From Callorhinchus milii (lineage: Eukaryota): 64,000 nucleotides of DNA. Positions 13,282 through 27,058 of this stretch are shown piece after piece. The position numbers and the translations under genes are program-made. Positions within the stretch are counted from its first letter, which is position 1, and every line of letters begins with the position of its first letter. The stretch covers positions 113,834,001 through 113,898,000 of the forward strand of contig NW_024704743.1 of the NCBI RefSeq assembly GCF_018977255.1. The letters are read 5' to 3'. The notes beneath the pieces were generated by a model, which was not told where the DNA came from, searched no databases, and saw nothing but the letters and a program-made list of their open reading frames with translations.

Positions 13282-16030
13282 AGATGAATTCTATCGTTAC
13301 ACAACTTCCCAAATAGATATTTTCTTTTTCTTTTGACGTCCCCCTTTAATGTTTGACTTGCTACGGCAAGTATCCTTTGGTGCCAATTTTCATAAAATTG
13401 TTGTGTTCAAACAAATGCTTTGCAGAGACAATAAAGCCATAAAATAATTCCTAATGCTGCCCACAACTGCTCCAGTAGTGGTTTAAGGTGCCATATACAT
13501 CTTGCAGAAAGAATGATTTGCCAGCAGTCATGTCAACCTGAGAATATAAGCATAAATTGAATAGAATCAGGGAATCTGAAATAAATCAACATATTTCATG
13601 CTGTTTAACTTGTTCTCACCTGCAGTGCTTGTGAGTTTTGAAGCTGGTTTAAAAAAATGTGAATCAATAGCAGTTGAAGGAAACTTTTTTTTTCCATTGA
13701 TGGCACTAACTATATTATTACCCGATGAGGGCTAAAGTGATAGTTTCTCACCAATGTTCCAATTTTGTAGTTTATTCCAAAAATGTTGTGGATCAAGAAG
13801 CATTTTGAAAATCTGCAATTCTTTATTGGTGTTTCTGAATTGGCACTAATCATTACAGAAAATATATTTTTGGAAGTCTTACTGTAAAAATGGGAGATGT
13901 GTGTATTTTGGAAGCTAACTTGTCTTTCACACCAGATGGTTGGAATGGATGCAAGTTCCTATGGCAGATTAGCTTTTAAAATGAGTTTACCATACCTTAA
14001 TTTGTTGTTACCATACCAGCCTTTGTGGTTTTCTTTGTCAGTATCCACTCATCTTTTTAACTTCCTAATCAAAATCCATGTACTTGGAGCTGATACTGAA
14101 CATGGGGCAGTTTGTGCAGGCGATTGCAGTAAATGTATTGCAAAAGGTAATCACAACATTTCAAATAGGAAAACTATAAGTGCTTTATTTTTTTTATTCC
14201 CAGATGGGTCTATCACTCTTTAAGAGCTATTTTATAGAACTCATGTTTTGCCCTTTAAGTGTGATAGTCCTAAAAGGTGATGATGGTGCACAATCATGTG
14301 ACTTATTAGGGCAGTTGCTTTACTATTTACATAGAGAATTGTTCACAGAAATAATTTGAAGGAAATATAATTTTGTGGTGATTTGGATATAATCATAACT
14401 ATGAAGATCTTTGTTTCCACTATTTACAGCATTACTAAATTCCCTGCTGTTGACAGCCTTTTTATACATTTTTTAAAATATGAATTGAACAATGCTCCAG
14501 ATTAAGAAACATCCAGTCCTGTATTCTAAATTAACCCTAATTTGGGTTTTAATCCACTCCACTCCTGATTTTGACCAGGTTTGGGTGGGGGTTGGGGGGG
14601 TAGTTAGAGACTGGAAGTTTAACATTCTTTAACGTGGGGAAACAAACTCTTCATTGGGGACAGAGACAGAGGGATAGGAGTGGACCAAGGACAGATTTAT
14701 CTATGACGCTGTAAACACTTCATTCCTATTCAGTGCTGAGCAACTGGTTTCAACCACGTCAGCAGTTGAATATTTTAACTGGCATCAGCAACGTTTGGGC
14801 TGTTGAGACAAATTAGACGGATGCAAGCACATCAGGTGACAACAGAATTGGGTGCAGCTGTGATAATCCACTGTCAAATTGCTTGTTTTACATTCACCTT
14901 CTGGACTACTACATGATGAATGACCATTAGTGAGGCAGCGGAGGGTGGTTAGCCCTTAGGGAGTTATGTCCTGAGCAGAATGTCTGCTCACCCCTAGGAA
15001 GTTATGTCATGTTCCCAAAGGGTAGCTTGCCCTTGGAGGCTATGTCCTAATGGGTTAAAGATCTTCAGCAAAGATGAGTAGGAAACGGGCACAAAATTCA
15101 CTTTTATGGGGGATTGTAACTCCTAACAGTGTCCTTTCTTTGTGGAACTGGGGTTCAAATTCAGCGCAGGATCATGGCATGAACCTCCAGTATGGGAGTT
15201 ATATGATTAGCATTTTGGGTCATCTTATCCTGGTTGCTGCAGCCCACAGCACAGACCACTTCTAATTTGTCACTAAATTGACATTCTCAGAAAGGGTTAT
15301 TCAGATTGTTTAATTAAATGAATTTGTTAATATTAGGTAGCTACTATTTAGGATTTTTTTTTAGTGTGCAGGAGTGCAAATTTAACAAAGTAAAATTATA
15401 TAAATTTGCATTTTTTTAAGTGAACAACAACTTGCATTTATATAGCAAGTTTCATTTACAAACATTTCAAAGTGCTTGTCTCTTATTTCGTAAACTTTAA
15501 GTCAAAGCAAAATAGCATTTAGCCCAAATCAGTGATTTTTATGTATTGAGGAAGCAGATTGATGGCTGAGATGAAAATATCTCTCTGGTGCAATAGAGGG
15601 CGCTGTTGAAAAGAGCAAACAGAATTTAACTTGACTGCAGTTTGTTCAGCTAACCTGGGCTGCTGGCAAACAATGATTGCCCAAAGTACTATTTTGCACA
15701 TTGTTGATATTTTTCATCTAGATAAATACAAAAAAAGTCACCAACATTTTCTTTTTCTAAAAAAAACACACAGGGCTTGTTTTTTCAGTGAAATATTCCA
15801 AGGGTATTCTTTATACTTAGCTTGATATAAACTTTTATCTGACATTCCTTTATATTTGTCAAAAATACTAGATAAAAATGACCTTTCAATTAGCCAGTAA
15901 TCTGGTATTGAATACAACACATGAAAATGTGATATATCTTACATAACTTGTGATTGTAAATATAGGATTTTTTTGTTTTAATACATATGACTAATTTTCA
16001 ATAAAGAGAAGCAGACTGGAGTACTGTTAC
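13282..16030 (+). other. TRAM1: Probable TRAM1 3' UTR; candidate poly(A) signals AATAAA at 13430, 13580 and 16000
   Basis: AT-rich and largely free of young repeats until ~16.3 kb; distal AATAAA preceded by a TGTAAATA/U-rich stretch. The true 3' end cannot be determined from sequence alone. Confidence 0.5.
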
Positions 16031-16419
16031 TGCATATATTGCAGAGTAAAGGTGAAGTAAAACTATCCTGCTTTGTAGCTGAATTCTTTGCTTCATGTAC
16101 CACAGCCATATTTAATCACACTTTTTATAATCTTGGACAACTATTAGAGATAGTGTTCAGTACCACAGAATAATTGGATGGAGGTGTAATTTCTCCCTCT
16201 TTGCCTTGTCTTCAGCCATACATGAGCGGTTCGTCCAACCATCCATCAAATGAGGGAAATCCACAACACATAATTCAGAACAGCATTTGATAAATCTCTA
16301 GGAGTTGTTTGTGAATAATGATTCTTGCATTGATATTGTATCATCATCAATACCTCAAAAGTGCTACACAAGGTTTACTGCAGTCACTAATTTGTAGGTG
16401 TACACAACAGCCAATTTGT

Positions 16420-16815
16420 GTATTATAATAATAATCCTTACATTTGATATAGAGCCTTATCATGTTGCGATGTCTCAAAGGGTTTACTGGAAAGTGGATT
16501 GACTATTTTGTGGGTGAAACGTATGGCAATATCCCATTTAAAAAGCCATGAAGTGAATGACACATTTTATTTAGGAGATTGTTGGTCTGGACCCTGGGAG
16601 AAATTTCCAGAGAGATCTTCAATGTCCAATTAACCAAGTGGATAGGACATTGGTTTACATCTCATCAGAAGGACAGCATCTCCAACAATGCAGCACACTG
16701 CCAGCACTACTTTGGAGCGTCAATCAAGACTGAGCTTAAAGCCTTAAAGTCAGTCTTCAGTTCCCAAACTTTCTGACTTAGAGGTCAAAGTTCTGCTTAC
16801 TGAGCTAGGCTGACG
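16420..16815 (-). mobile_element. Old Deu-domain-type SINE remnant
   Basis: Reverse similarity to 63277-63650 (GGTTTACATCTCATC, TTCTGACTTAGAGG). Confidence 0.55.
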
Positions 16816-17803
16816 CTGTGTGGAGAAAAATCCTTACTTTTCTAAATAACTTGAAACCAGTCTATTCTCAGACTACTCAGGAATGCCACTAAGTAAGTGG
16901 ATTCACAGTCAAATTAATACCTAAAACAGGTGCACAAAGTTATTGCTCAGATGTTGACTTTGCAAATGTGACTTCAGAACAGTCACCTTTTGAGATGTAC
17001 ACTGTGTTAAACTCTCTTGAGGATGTGAGGGAAATTCATGTCTTGCATTTGAAATAAATTGTCATCAGTGGGTAAGTCAATAGTTCTCAGTGGGGATGTG
17101 GGAAAGAGCACTTTATGGTGGTGCAGCAATTCAATCTGAGGGAGGAAGGTGAAAGACAAATTGGGGAACATAATTTACAGTTTTCAGCTTTGTATTCCTT
17201 TGTTTCTAACTTGTGTAAATTCTCTGAATACAGTATGTGATGCTATCACATAATGTTCTTCCATATCAACCTGTCCACCCCTTCCGCCCAGCAGCCTGCA
17301 ACACGTCCCCCTGCTCGGCAGACCCCACTATCGGAGGTCAGGCCTTCAGCTTCTCTGCTCCCACCCTTTGAACTTTATCCCACATTCCCTTCACCTTACT
17401 CCCTTCCTTGCCTCCTTCAAGGCACATCTCAAGACTCTCCTCTTTGACCATGCGTTCAGCCACCCTCCTGCCCTCCACCCTCCCTGATCCCAACTCCCCT
17501 GCTCGGGTCCAAATCCCTGACTATCCTGTGCCTTGAGATGTCCTGATGTGAAAGGTGCCATACAAATGTAATTGTGGATTGTAGTTGTATTTTATTGTTG
17601 AAGAAATGGCTGATTTTCACTGTGTAGTGCATAGCTATGAAAATAAATCTTGCCTTACCTACGAAAGTTGCTTCTTTTTAGGTGCAGTATTCTCATCAAA
17701 AGAGATAGGTTCTTGTCAAAAACAAGACAAGTGTATGAATATTTCTGATTATTTCACCTAGATATTATAATCCAACAGACTAGAATAAATCCTTTCTAGT
17801 CTT

Positions 17804-18008
17804 TATAATCCCTCCAAAAAAAAACAATAATAAATTGGTCATTTTCAATCCACGACTGTTTGTGGGACACTGATGTGCACAATTGGCTGCCCCGTTCGCC
17901 CACAAAAAATATACAGCAATTCACTTTACAGTGTGTTCTGTGAAGTACTTTGGGACATCTAGAAGACGTGAAAAGCGCTATATCAAATGCAAGGATTATT
18001 ATTATTAT
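17804..18008 (+). mobile_element. 5'-truncated tRNA-SINE
   Basis: Body and tail match the 1929-2253 family; no head. Confidence 0.85.
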
Positions 18009-18524
18009 CTTTTTCTCTGGAGTTGGCTCATGTTTGAGTACAGATCCACAGGGAGCCAGCCATTAGCTCTCCGGATTGTACATCCTTGAGCTCAGACACT
18101 TGAGTATTAGCAGACTTTTCAATATTGGGAAAATCAGATCTGGACTTCTGACCTCCACACTCATGCACTTTTCACCAGTGGTTATTGGACAGTGACCAAG
18201 AATGGAAGCCTGACTGTCTTTCTTTCCTTCCTAGCTTAGGATCATCTCAGTTCACTTGGTCACAGCCTTGCGTATGACTCAGAAGGTTGTGGATTCAAGA
18301 CTTACATCAGGACTTGAGCTCATTTGGTCCCCATTGCTCCTCTGGAACAATTAATTCAGCCCAAATCTAGGACAATAGCAGGAGAGGTTTGCAGTGCCAG
18401 AGGTGCCACCTGCCAGTTCTTCCATGACACTATTTAAAAAGAGACTTGAGTTTCTCCTGTTGTCCTGACCAAAATTGGTTGTTCATGTCATTGCAGTAGG
18501 AAGCCTTGCTCTGTAAATGGCTAC

Positions 18525-18930
18525 TGCAACAACAACAATTTTTATTTATACAGTGCCCTTCAGGCAAGGTAGTGTCCCAGACCGCTTGGCACTGGCGAAG
18601 TCTGACACCGAGCCAAGGGGAGGGGGGAGGTGAACATAAGCACAATCAAATGGAAGGTCTTTAGGTATGATTTGAAAGTGGGGAGGGGGCAAGGCTGAGG
18701 GATTGAGGAGAGAGTTCCAGAGTTTTGAGGAGAGTAGCTAAAGGCACAGCCACCGATGATGGAGGGGTTGAGGGACTAACAGGAGGCCGGAGCCAGCCGA
18801 ACGGAGGCAGTGGGTGGTGGAGTACGGGGGTAAGCAGATTGGATAGGTAGGGAGGTGCGAGGGCATGAAGGGATTTGAAAACGAGTGAGAGGATCTTGAA
18901 ATCGATCCATTTGGTAATTGGGAACTACTG
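18525..18930 (-). mobile_element. L2 LINE 3' fragment
   Basis: (CAA)n terminus and L2-like purine-rich 3' region; related to 10395-11270. Confidence 0.7.
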
Positions 18931-19849
18931 GAGCCTGCACTTGCCTTACAAAAAAAAGTCATTACACACGGTGGCAATTATTGTAAAGTGCTTTGAAACA
19001 TTTTGAAATGGCAAGATGTTACAAAAATGGAAGTTCTTTTATCAATTGTAGAAACCCCACTGTGCTGCTTGGGGCTGTTAATTCAGCTCAGAGAGAATAA
19101 ACTTGAGACCTGGTTCTGTCCATCTCCATTCTCAACATGATATCAGTGGTAACCATAGCATTGTTTCAGTGATTAATTCCCATTATATTTATAATTTCTC
19201 ATTGTGAACATCATATACTGCTGTACCTATTGCACAGTGCACTCAACAGTTAATTTATAACATTGTTTGAATACCTTGATTAGATAACTGCCTCCTAGTT
19301 ATCTATTGTTTTCCACCAACTTTACACGAGTAAATAAAGCATGGAATTTACTTAAACATTTATTTATTTATATAGAAAAAGCAATTCACCCCGTTAATTA
19401 AATCTACCACGGGTAATGCAAATATCATGGACCACTTTGTCTAAAACTGAATTTATTCTAATAATAACGCTTGCATTTGATATAGCACCTTATCATATCT
19501 TCAAGACATCTCAAAGCGCTTCACAGAATATACTGTAAATTGAATTGACTGTATATTTTGTGGGCAAAATTTCCACTTTTCTGCTTTGACCTGCTGCTGT
19601 CCATTGACATTTCTCGCTTCCCCCACTGCCTCAGTAACAATCATATCCCATATTCATGCGCACTTACCACCAGGTAGGACCAAAGGGGAATGATTTTAGC
19701 CTTTCATACTATTGTCCTAAAATTTAAGATTGTGTCTTAATCTAGAAGTTCATAAAAACAGCTGTGGAAAAAAGATTTTCAAATGAAGACTGAAGATTTT
19801 TTCAAAATTTGCAATATTCTATATTTTAAAACAGTTGGGATCAGCCAAT

Positions 19850-20335
19850 TCAACAACAACAACAAGATTACATTTGTATCGCACCTTTCACGTCAAGAGG
19901 ACGTCCCAAGGCACTGGACAGAGTACAGCATTTCAGACCCAAGCTGGGGTTGGGAGGGTAAGGGAGGGGAGTGGAAGGGGATGGCTGATGGCATAGTTGA
20001 AGAGGAGGGTCTTGAGGCTAAGGAGGGAGCGAGGCGGAGTGACTGGGGGATGGAATTCCAGAGGTTCGGGACAGAGTGGCTGAAGGCTCTCCCGCCAATG
20101 GTGGAGTGGTTGGGTCGGGGGACGTGGAGCAGGCCAGAGCTGGCTGAGCAGAGGGAACGGGAGGGTTGATAGGGGTTAAGAGGTCGCAGAGGTAGGCAGG
20201 AGTGAAGCCATGGGAGGCTTTGTATGTGAGGACCAGGATCTTGAACTGGACCCTCTGAAGGATAGGGAGCCAATGGAGTCGGCCAAGAGTGGGGGAGATG
20301 GGATCACGGAGTTTGGTGCGGGAGAGGACACGTAC
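19850..20335 (-). mobile_element. L2 LINE 3' fragment
   Basis: Minus ORF YQPSRSLCSASSGLLHVPR..TIGGRAFSHSVPNLWNSIP is the L2 ORF2 C-terminus; ends in (CAA)n. Confidence 0.85.
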
Positions 20336-21897
20336 AAAAATTCAGTACAACAACTTGCTTTTATGTAATACCCTTCACGTAGAATAACTTCAGGGAGAGC
20401 TTTGACAACTTCGAGCTTCTTCTTCTTGTACTATAAGAAGCTAAAACAACTCTACAACCTTCTGGTCTACATGGCTTAGTATTATTGGAAAAGGTAATGG
20501 TCATAAGCTTAAAACAGATATGCTGGGCCTTTGATTCAGAAATCTGTATTTTAATTCCATCTGATACCAGTTACAGTGCCTCCCGCATCATCTGGGATCC
20601 ACCAATCTATCATAGAGCAAGAATGAAATTGAGTCCCTTCCTAATTTTTGTCACTGAGATCCACCACATTGCATTTACTCACTGTGAGAACAAATGTAAT
20701 GCTATGTCTGAACTACAGCAAAAAAAATTGTGAACAGTTGCTTTAATATATTTGAGTGTAAAAGGGAGGGGGGAAGAAGGGGGGGTGATTTTTTTTGGAA
20801 ACCCGTACCTTACGATAATATTATTGTTCAGGTTAGAAATCCTCTAATGAAGCGATATCCTACCATTCCATGGTGCAGCAAGGAACTTTGATCAGCTGCT
20901 GCCTCCACTGACTGATCCATCAGGAAAAACTAAACTAATTCCTTACTGGCAAACACTGATTAGTGAGTGCTATAAAGAGACCTGTTATTCGAGCTTGCAC
21001 AAATATTTGAGATGGGTTTATATGTGATCAACTTATTAGTGCTCCAGAGTGGGTAAAACAAGTTAAACATAAATCCTTAGATGAAGCAGTTACAGTGGCC
21101 TTGAAGCTATTTAGAAAGCACGATTACTGCTAAGAAGGCTAGTTTTAGAGATAATCCTCCTGCCCTAATTCATTGAGCCAAATGAAATTGTGTTTAGATT
21201 TAAAAACTAGTGGGAGCTGGCTTTGCAGTGACCTAGTGGGTAGAGGCACAGCCTGGTCCGGTACATCTTAAGCCCTACAGACCACAAGGTCGTGGAATTT
21301 GTGCTGAGTTCGCAGCTGTAATTGGTCAGTGCCCCAGGGATAAGAGCAGAGGTGGAAATCAGCCAGAGTTTCAGTCTGATTGCTGTACAGTATCTCCTAC
21401 ATATGACATCAGATTTGGGCTTGTCAGTGGTCAAACGATCAGTGTTTTCTCGTCAGTAAAACGAAAGCACAAATTTAAGATATAAATACAATCTTAAAAA
21501 AAGGATGGTTGCAAACTAGAATTTTTGGCCAGACACCAATTGTTGGAGGAGTGTTCATGAATTGGTTTAATATGGAGGTAGATGAATGGTCCAAAAAAAA
21601 TATTAGAGGGTGCTAGATCATTTGTGAGAATGAGAAGTTTGTCTACACAATACACAGTCATTACACTTTACAGTGTATCCCACAAAGCATTTTGAGAGGT
21701 CTTGCTAACGTAAAGGGCGCTGTATCAAATGTAAGGATTATTGTTATTTAATAAGGTAGGCGTTTATGTAGAAAAAAACAACATAGCCTTGATGGGCCAA
21801 ATGGCCTGTTTTTGTGCTGTAACATTCTGCGATTCTATGACTCTAGTAAGGGATTGTTGGACAATGGGATCTGACTGGAATTCAATGCCAGTAAATA

Positions 21898-22207
21898 AAT
21901 AATCCTTGCATTTTTATATAGCGCCTCATCAAGTCTTCTAGTTGTCTCAAAGCGCTTCACAGAATATACTGTAAAGTGAATTAACTGAGTTGTGAATGAA
22001 TTCTTTTTTTTTTAAACTTTTTTTAAGGGATTATTATCCCTGGAAATGCGATCCGCCAATCGACTAACAACCAGGTTCCTACTTACTGCTAGATGAACAG
22101 AGGCATGTGGAGTAAGGAAACTTGTCCAATGTTTAGCCCTGTCCAGGAATTGAACCCAGCTCCTCTTGCTTGTGAGACGAGCGCTCTAACCACTAAGCTA
22201 CAGGACA
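21898..22207 (-). mobile_element. tRNA-derived SINE, long subfamily, internally deleted
   Basis: Reverse complement of head, internal block and tail. Confidence 0.8.
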
Positions 22208-22244
22208 CTAAGCTACTACAGGAGCCCTCACTGTTCAGATGATA

Positions 22245-22625
22245 TTTGCCCACAAATATACAGTTAATTCACTTTACAGCATATTCTGTGAAGCAGAGGG
22301 CGAAACCTTGGGCAAGTTTCCTTACTCCACACAGAGCCTAATAATAATAATCCCTCCGAAACCAAAACAATAATAAATTGGTCATTTTCAATCCACGACT
22401 GTTTGTGGGACATTGCTGTGCGCAATTGGCTGCCGCGTTCGCCCACAAATATACAGTCAATTCACTTTACAGTGTGTTCTGTGAAGCGCTTTGGGACGTC
22501 CTCCCGACGTGAAAAGCGCTATATCAAATGCAAGGATTATTATTAAGGATTATTATTAAGTGCTTTGAGATGTCTAGAACACGTGAAGAGCGCTATATCA
22601 AATGCAAGGATTATTATTATTATTT
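22245..22625 (+). mobile_element. Composite SINE: young headless copy nested in an older SINE tail
   Basis: Older tail ..TTCTGTGAAG | insert ~22295-22560 | TGCTTTGAGATGTCTAGAA.. resumes. Confidence 0.75.
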
Positions 22626-23689
22626 ATTACATTTGAAGATATAAGATTCTAAAAGGCAGTGCCTATAAGATCATAGCCAGGATGACCCCACTGCAGGAGT
22701 GGAAGTGAGGAAAATAAATAAAATCATTAAAATCGATGAGAAAGGAGGATTATACTTCCAAAACATTCTATAATTGCCTCTGAATCATAGAATGAAATCC
22801 AATTGGAGAACCTTTACACTTTTACATTCTTTGTGCTATTTACTTACTACCCTATGTAAATGTACCCATTCTAAACTGGCTTGCCCTCACCTATAAATCC
22901 CTCAATGCCACAGCACTTTCCTATTTCTTGGTCTCTTACTCCACTCTATCTCTGTTTGGCTAACTCAAACTTACATCACCCACCCTGTCCACACCTCTAT
23001 CTGTGACCAAGATACACCCCTAACCTATGGAATGCCCTCCTACTTATTCCCTGTCTCTTCACTACCCCCATCTGTTTTTAAGTCCCACCTTAAAACCTAC
23101 CTCTTCAACTACATCTGTGGTCACCTCCCCCTTTCCCCCTCCCCCTCCTCCCTGCTTGGTGACTAACACTTGGTCATAGTAGAGTTCTCTGAGACGTTAT
23201 CCTATGTGAGGGAAGCTATGTAAATGCAAGTTGTTTATTGTTGCAGTTCCTTACTCCCTATAAGTGGAGTAAAAGCTGTGATATAGGTGATATTGTTGTC
23301 AGGAAACCCAGACCTGTAACAAACCAAAACATTTCCAGTGTTGGATATTATGCAACCCCTCATTCCCATGATTGCTGCTCTCCAGATGAATTGTGGTTTG
23401 TTGCCTGGAGAATCCTGTTCTGCTGACACACCTGGTAATGACCTTGAAGTCTACATCCAGGCAAAGTAATTCACGCCCTTTTAAAGATGTGTTAAAAACA
23501 GGTTCAGTAGTCGCTGTAGCTCCTAGAGAATTATCAGCAAATGGCCAGATGTGATATTAGTAAATCCTTAAACCTAACCCTTGAGGAATAATTGAGTTAA
23601 TCTGACAGTTAAACATCTCTTCCCTCATGGCATAAAAACAGCAGATATTGTAGTAGTAAAACCTTTACCCCTGTGATCTTCATCATGTA

Positions 23690-23992
23690 TAATAATAATA
23701 GTATAATCCTTGCATTTGATATAACACTTTTCACGTCTTCTAGATGTCTCAAAGTGCTTCATAGAATATATTGTAAAGTGAATTGACTGTATATTTGTGG
23801 AAATGGGGCAGCCAATTATGCACAGCAGTGTGCCATAAACAGTCATGGATTGACATGACCAATTTAGTATTGTTGTTTTTTTCTTGAGAGATTATTATCA
23901 GGCGTGTGGAGTAAGGAAACTTGCCCAAGGGTTTGCCGTGCCAGAATCGAACCCAGGTCTCTCACTTACGAGGTGAGTGCTCTAACCACTGA
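23690..23992 (-). mobile_element. tRNA-derived SINE, near full length
   Basis: Reverse complement of family body, tail and most of the head. Confidence 0.85.
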
Positions 23993-24039
23993 GAACTTAT
24001 TGTGCTCCTTATCGGGGAATTAAATGGAGTCACATTAGA

Positions 24040-25715
24040 TTCTCCACCCCGGCTCAGACATCAGGTTGAAGAAAAATGCTCACCATGTTGCACCCAACCA
24101 CCTCCACATCCTTAAGGCTCAGATGCGTGCCGCTGAATTCCCTGGCTCAAATTCAACTTAACAGTTCATCGGCAGATCTGGTTGGACCTTATCAAATTTT
24201 ACTACTGCACCCTCGCCTCCACTAAATCATCCTTCTACTCCAAGATAATCTTGGAGGCCAAGGATAACCCCAGGCTCCTCTTCTCCATCACAATCCGACT
24301 TCTCCAATTACCCTCTCATGCCTTGCCCATCCTCTCCTCCAACACCAACTGTGAAGAGATGCTGGACTTCCTCGTAACCAAGTCAGGGGGATCCACTCAG
24401 CTGCCCCTGCTCTTCTGATCATTACCCCTTCTACATCTCCCCCTCACACCCCGGCCCCTACCCATCTTTCCCTCCCTCCACACCTTTGAACCTGTCTCCC
24501 CTCCTCTTTAATCACCACCATAAGCCACATGAAACTGACCACCTGCTCCCTCGACCCCATCCCTCTCCTTACCTCCCAGCTTCACCTCCTTGCCCCCTCT
24601 ACTCACAGACCTCATAAACCTCTCCCTGTCCACTGGCACTGTTCCCACCCCTCTAAAAACAGCTGTCATCACTCTTTTCTTTAAAAAATCCTCCCTGAAC
24701 CCATCCCTGCTCTCAAATTATTGCCCCATCTCCAATCTCCCTTTCCTTTCCAAGGTCCTGGAACAAGTCGTTGCTTCCCAGCTTCGCTCCTTCCTCTCCC
24801 GCCACTCCCTTCACGAACACCTCCAATGGGTTTCCATGCCACCCACAGCACAGACCCAGCTTTGATCAAAGTGACAAATGACATCTGGTCCATCTGCAAC
24901 CAAGGATCCCTCTGCCTCCTCCTCCTCCTTGATCTCTCTACTGCCTTCAATACCGTTGACCACTCTATCCTCCTCCACCGCCTCTCCTCTCACCTCAACC
25001 TTCATGGTTCTGTTCTTTCTACCCCACATCCATGCCATGTCCCACTCTGCTTTCCCCATCTCTGCAACGTCGTCCGGCTCCGCCACTGTCTCACACCGCA
25101 GGCCGCCGAGACCCTCAGACATGCAATCATAATATCCAGGTTAGACTACGCAAACTCCCTGCTTGTCAGCCTCCCCAACTCCTCCTTCCATAGGCTGTAG
25201 ATGATTCAGAACTCTGCAGCCCATGTCCTCTTCCGCACCAGGCTCCGTAACCCTATCACCCCCATCCTCGCCTGACTTCCCTGGCTTCCCTCACACAGAG
25301 GATACAGTTCAAGATCCTGGTCCTCACCTTCAAAGGCCTTCATGGCCTTGCTCTCCCTTACCTCTTCTAACTTCCTACCAACCTGCCCGCGCCCTCCGCT
25401 CAGCGGGCTCCAGCTTGCTTCACGTCCCCCACCTCACCCACCCCACCATTGGTGTGCAGACCTTCTGCCACTCTGCCCCACACTCTGGAACGCCATCTCG
25501 CTGTCCTTCTGCCTCACCCCTGCCTTGTCTCCTTCAAGACCTGTCTCAAGACCCTTCTCTTTGACCATGCCTTCATTGACCCTCCTTCCCCCTCTGGTCT
25601 CCACCCTCCCCAATCCCAAGCCCTAGCTTGAGTCTGAAACACTGATTGTCCAGCGCCATGGGATGTCCTCCCAACATGAAAGGCACTACATAAATGTAAT
25701 TTTGTTGTTGTTCTT
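24040..25715 (+). mobile_element. L2-clade LINE, degenerate reverse transcriptase fragment with internal deletion and intact 3' end
   Basis: Frameshifted peptides NYCPISNLPFLSKVLEQVVASQL, HSTDPALIKVTNDI, LLLLDLSTAFNTVDHSILLHRL, ISRLDYANSLL; catalytic YADD region missing; tail ends (TTG)n. Confidence 0.92.
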
Positions 25716-27058
25716 GTGATCTTTTAAAATATGCCCCTCTGACTCAAAATATGTGGCTCAATGATTGGAGATGCAAATATTCTCCTTCGCTGGTGACTTG
25801 AACGCACATAGAATAGCACTCTAATGCCAGTGCAGGAATTTAGTGTTTCTAGTGTGAGAGAAAGAGAGCAGTATCATAAGAAAATAGATTGCTGATATGC
25901 TTGCAGCTCCACAATAGTATTATCTCATCTCTGGTGACACACAAGCATTAGCCTGGTGGAAAGTGCAAAGCCACCTTGGAGGAGACACAGCCACGAAGCT
26001 GCTAAGCCATTGCCGTATACAACCACCAAAAGTCAAACTGATAAGCAGACCTTATGCTGCATATGACATAGATTGAAAATAAACTGAAACTCAGAGAGTG
26101 ATGTTACTTAATTGTTTAGTCTTGAATTCCCTCCTGCCCTACAGTCTGGTGCAATAATGTTAGAAGCAGTTTCAATGCATGGAGAAAGGCCCACAAGGGT
26201 TATGGCTCACATTGTCAGCCATAAGGAACAAAAGTGTTCTTAAAGCATTGTCCAAGATCATTTGTAGTCTCACTAACAGAGCTGAGGCAAGCAGCAAAAG
26301 CAGAATGCAGAGTCCAACCACAGCATTGCTGCTATGTGATAAGAAAATCACTATCTGTATTGGTAATGCGAACCTTCAACTCACACTAGTGTTTGTTGAC
26401 ACCCTGTGCATTGTTACTAGGGCACAATTCTCCACAGGTCATCATGTCCAGCTTCATCAATACTAGAATGTTATCATACAAGGAGAGGTTCATGTTATAA
26501 TATAGTTTTGATTATGTGAAACTGAAATGAAACTGCACAATAAACATGCTGAAAATATAAAAACACGATACAGTATTGAAGTTGGTTTCCAATTAAATGA
26601 AAAGGAATAACATGACTTATATAAAAATGTTTGAGTTAAATTTCAAAATATCTGCCTAAGATTTTAGCTTTGCTCCATTGTCTGCAAATCCTTCACACTC
26701 TACACAACTGGATTAGTAAACATTGCTGTTACAAAGCTAAATTGGCCCCTTAAGGTATGAAGTAAGTACAGCTATTATTGAAAATGACTCCTCAATGGAG
26801 GCTCCAAAAACCCATGCTTGCACACCTTTCAGCAACAGTCATAGGATGGCAATGAAGTACTCAAATCCTAGTTAATGTTTCCTTTTGCACCCAGGTTAAT
26901 GTAGATAATTGTAATGATCTCTCTATTCCCTCCTAAAACGTCCCCAAGTGTCCATTCTCGATTTGTGATTCTACTCAGATGTCAACAATCTATTTCAATC
27001 GGGATTCACAACTGAACTCGACTCTATGCTTATTAGATGTGTACCTCTCTTCATATTC

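Noticed and set aside
14953..15047. CRISPR-like repeat-spacer array
   Set aside because: Vertebrate intron-containing locus, only three short degenerate repeats, no cas genes
24590..25631. Functional reverse transcriptase gene
   Set aside because: Multiple frameshifts and stops, and the catalytic core is deleted
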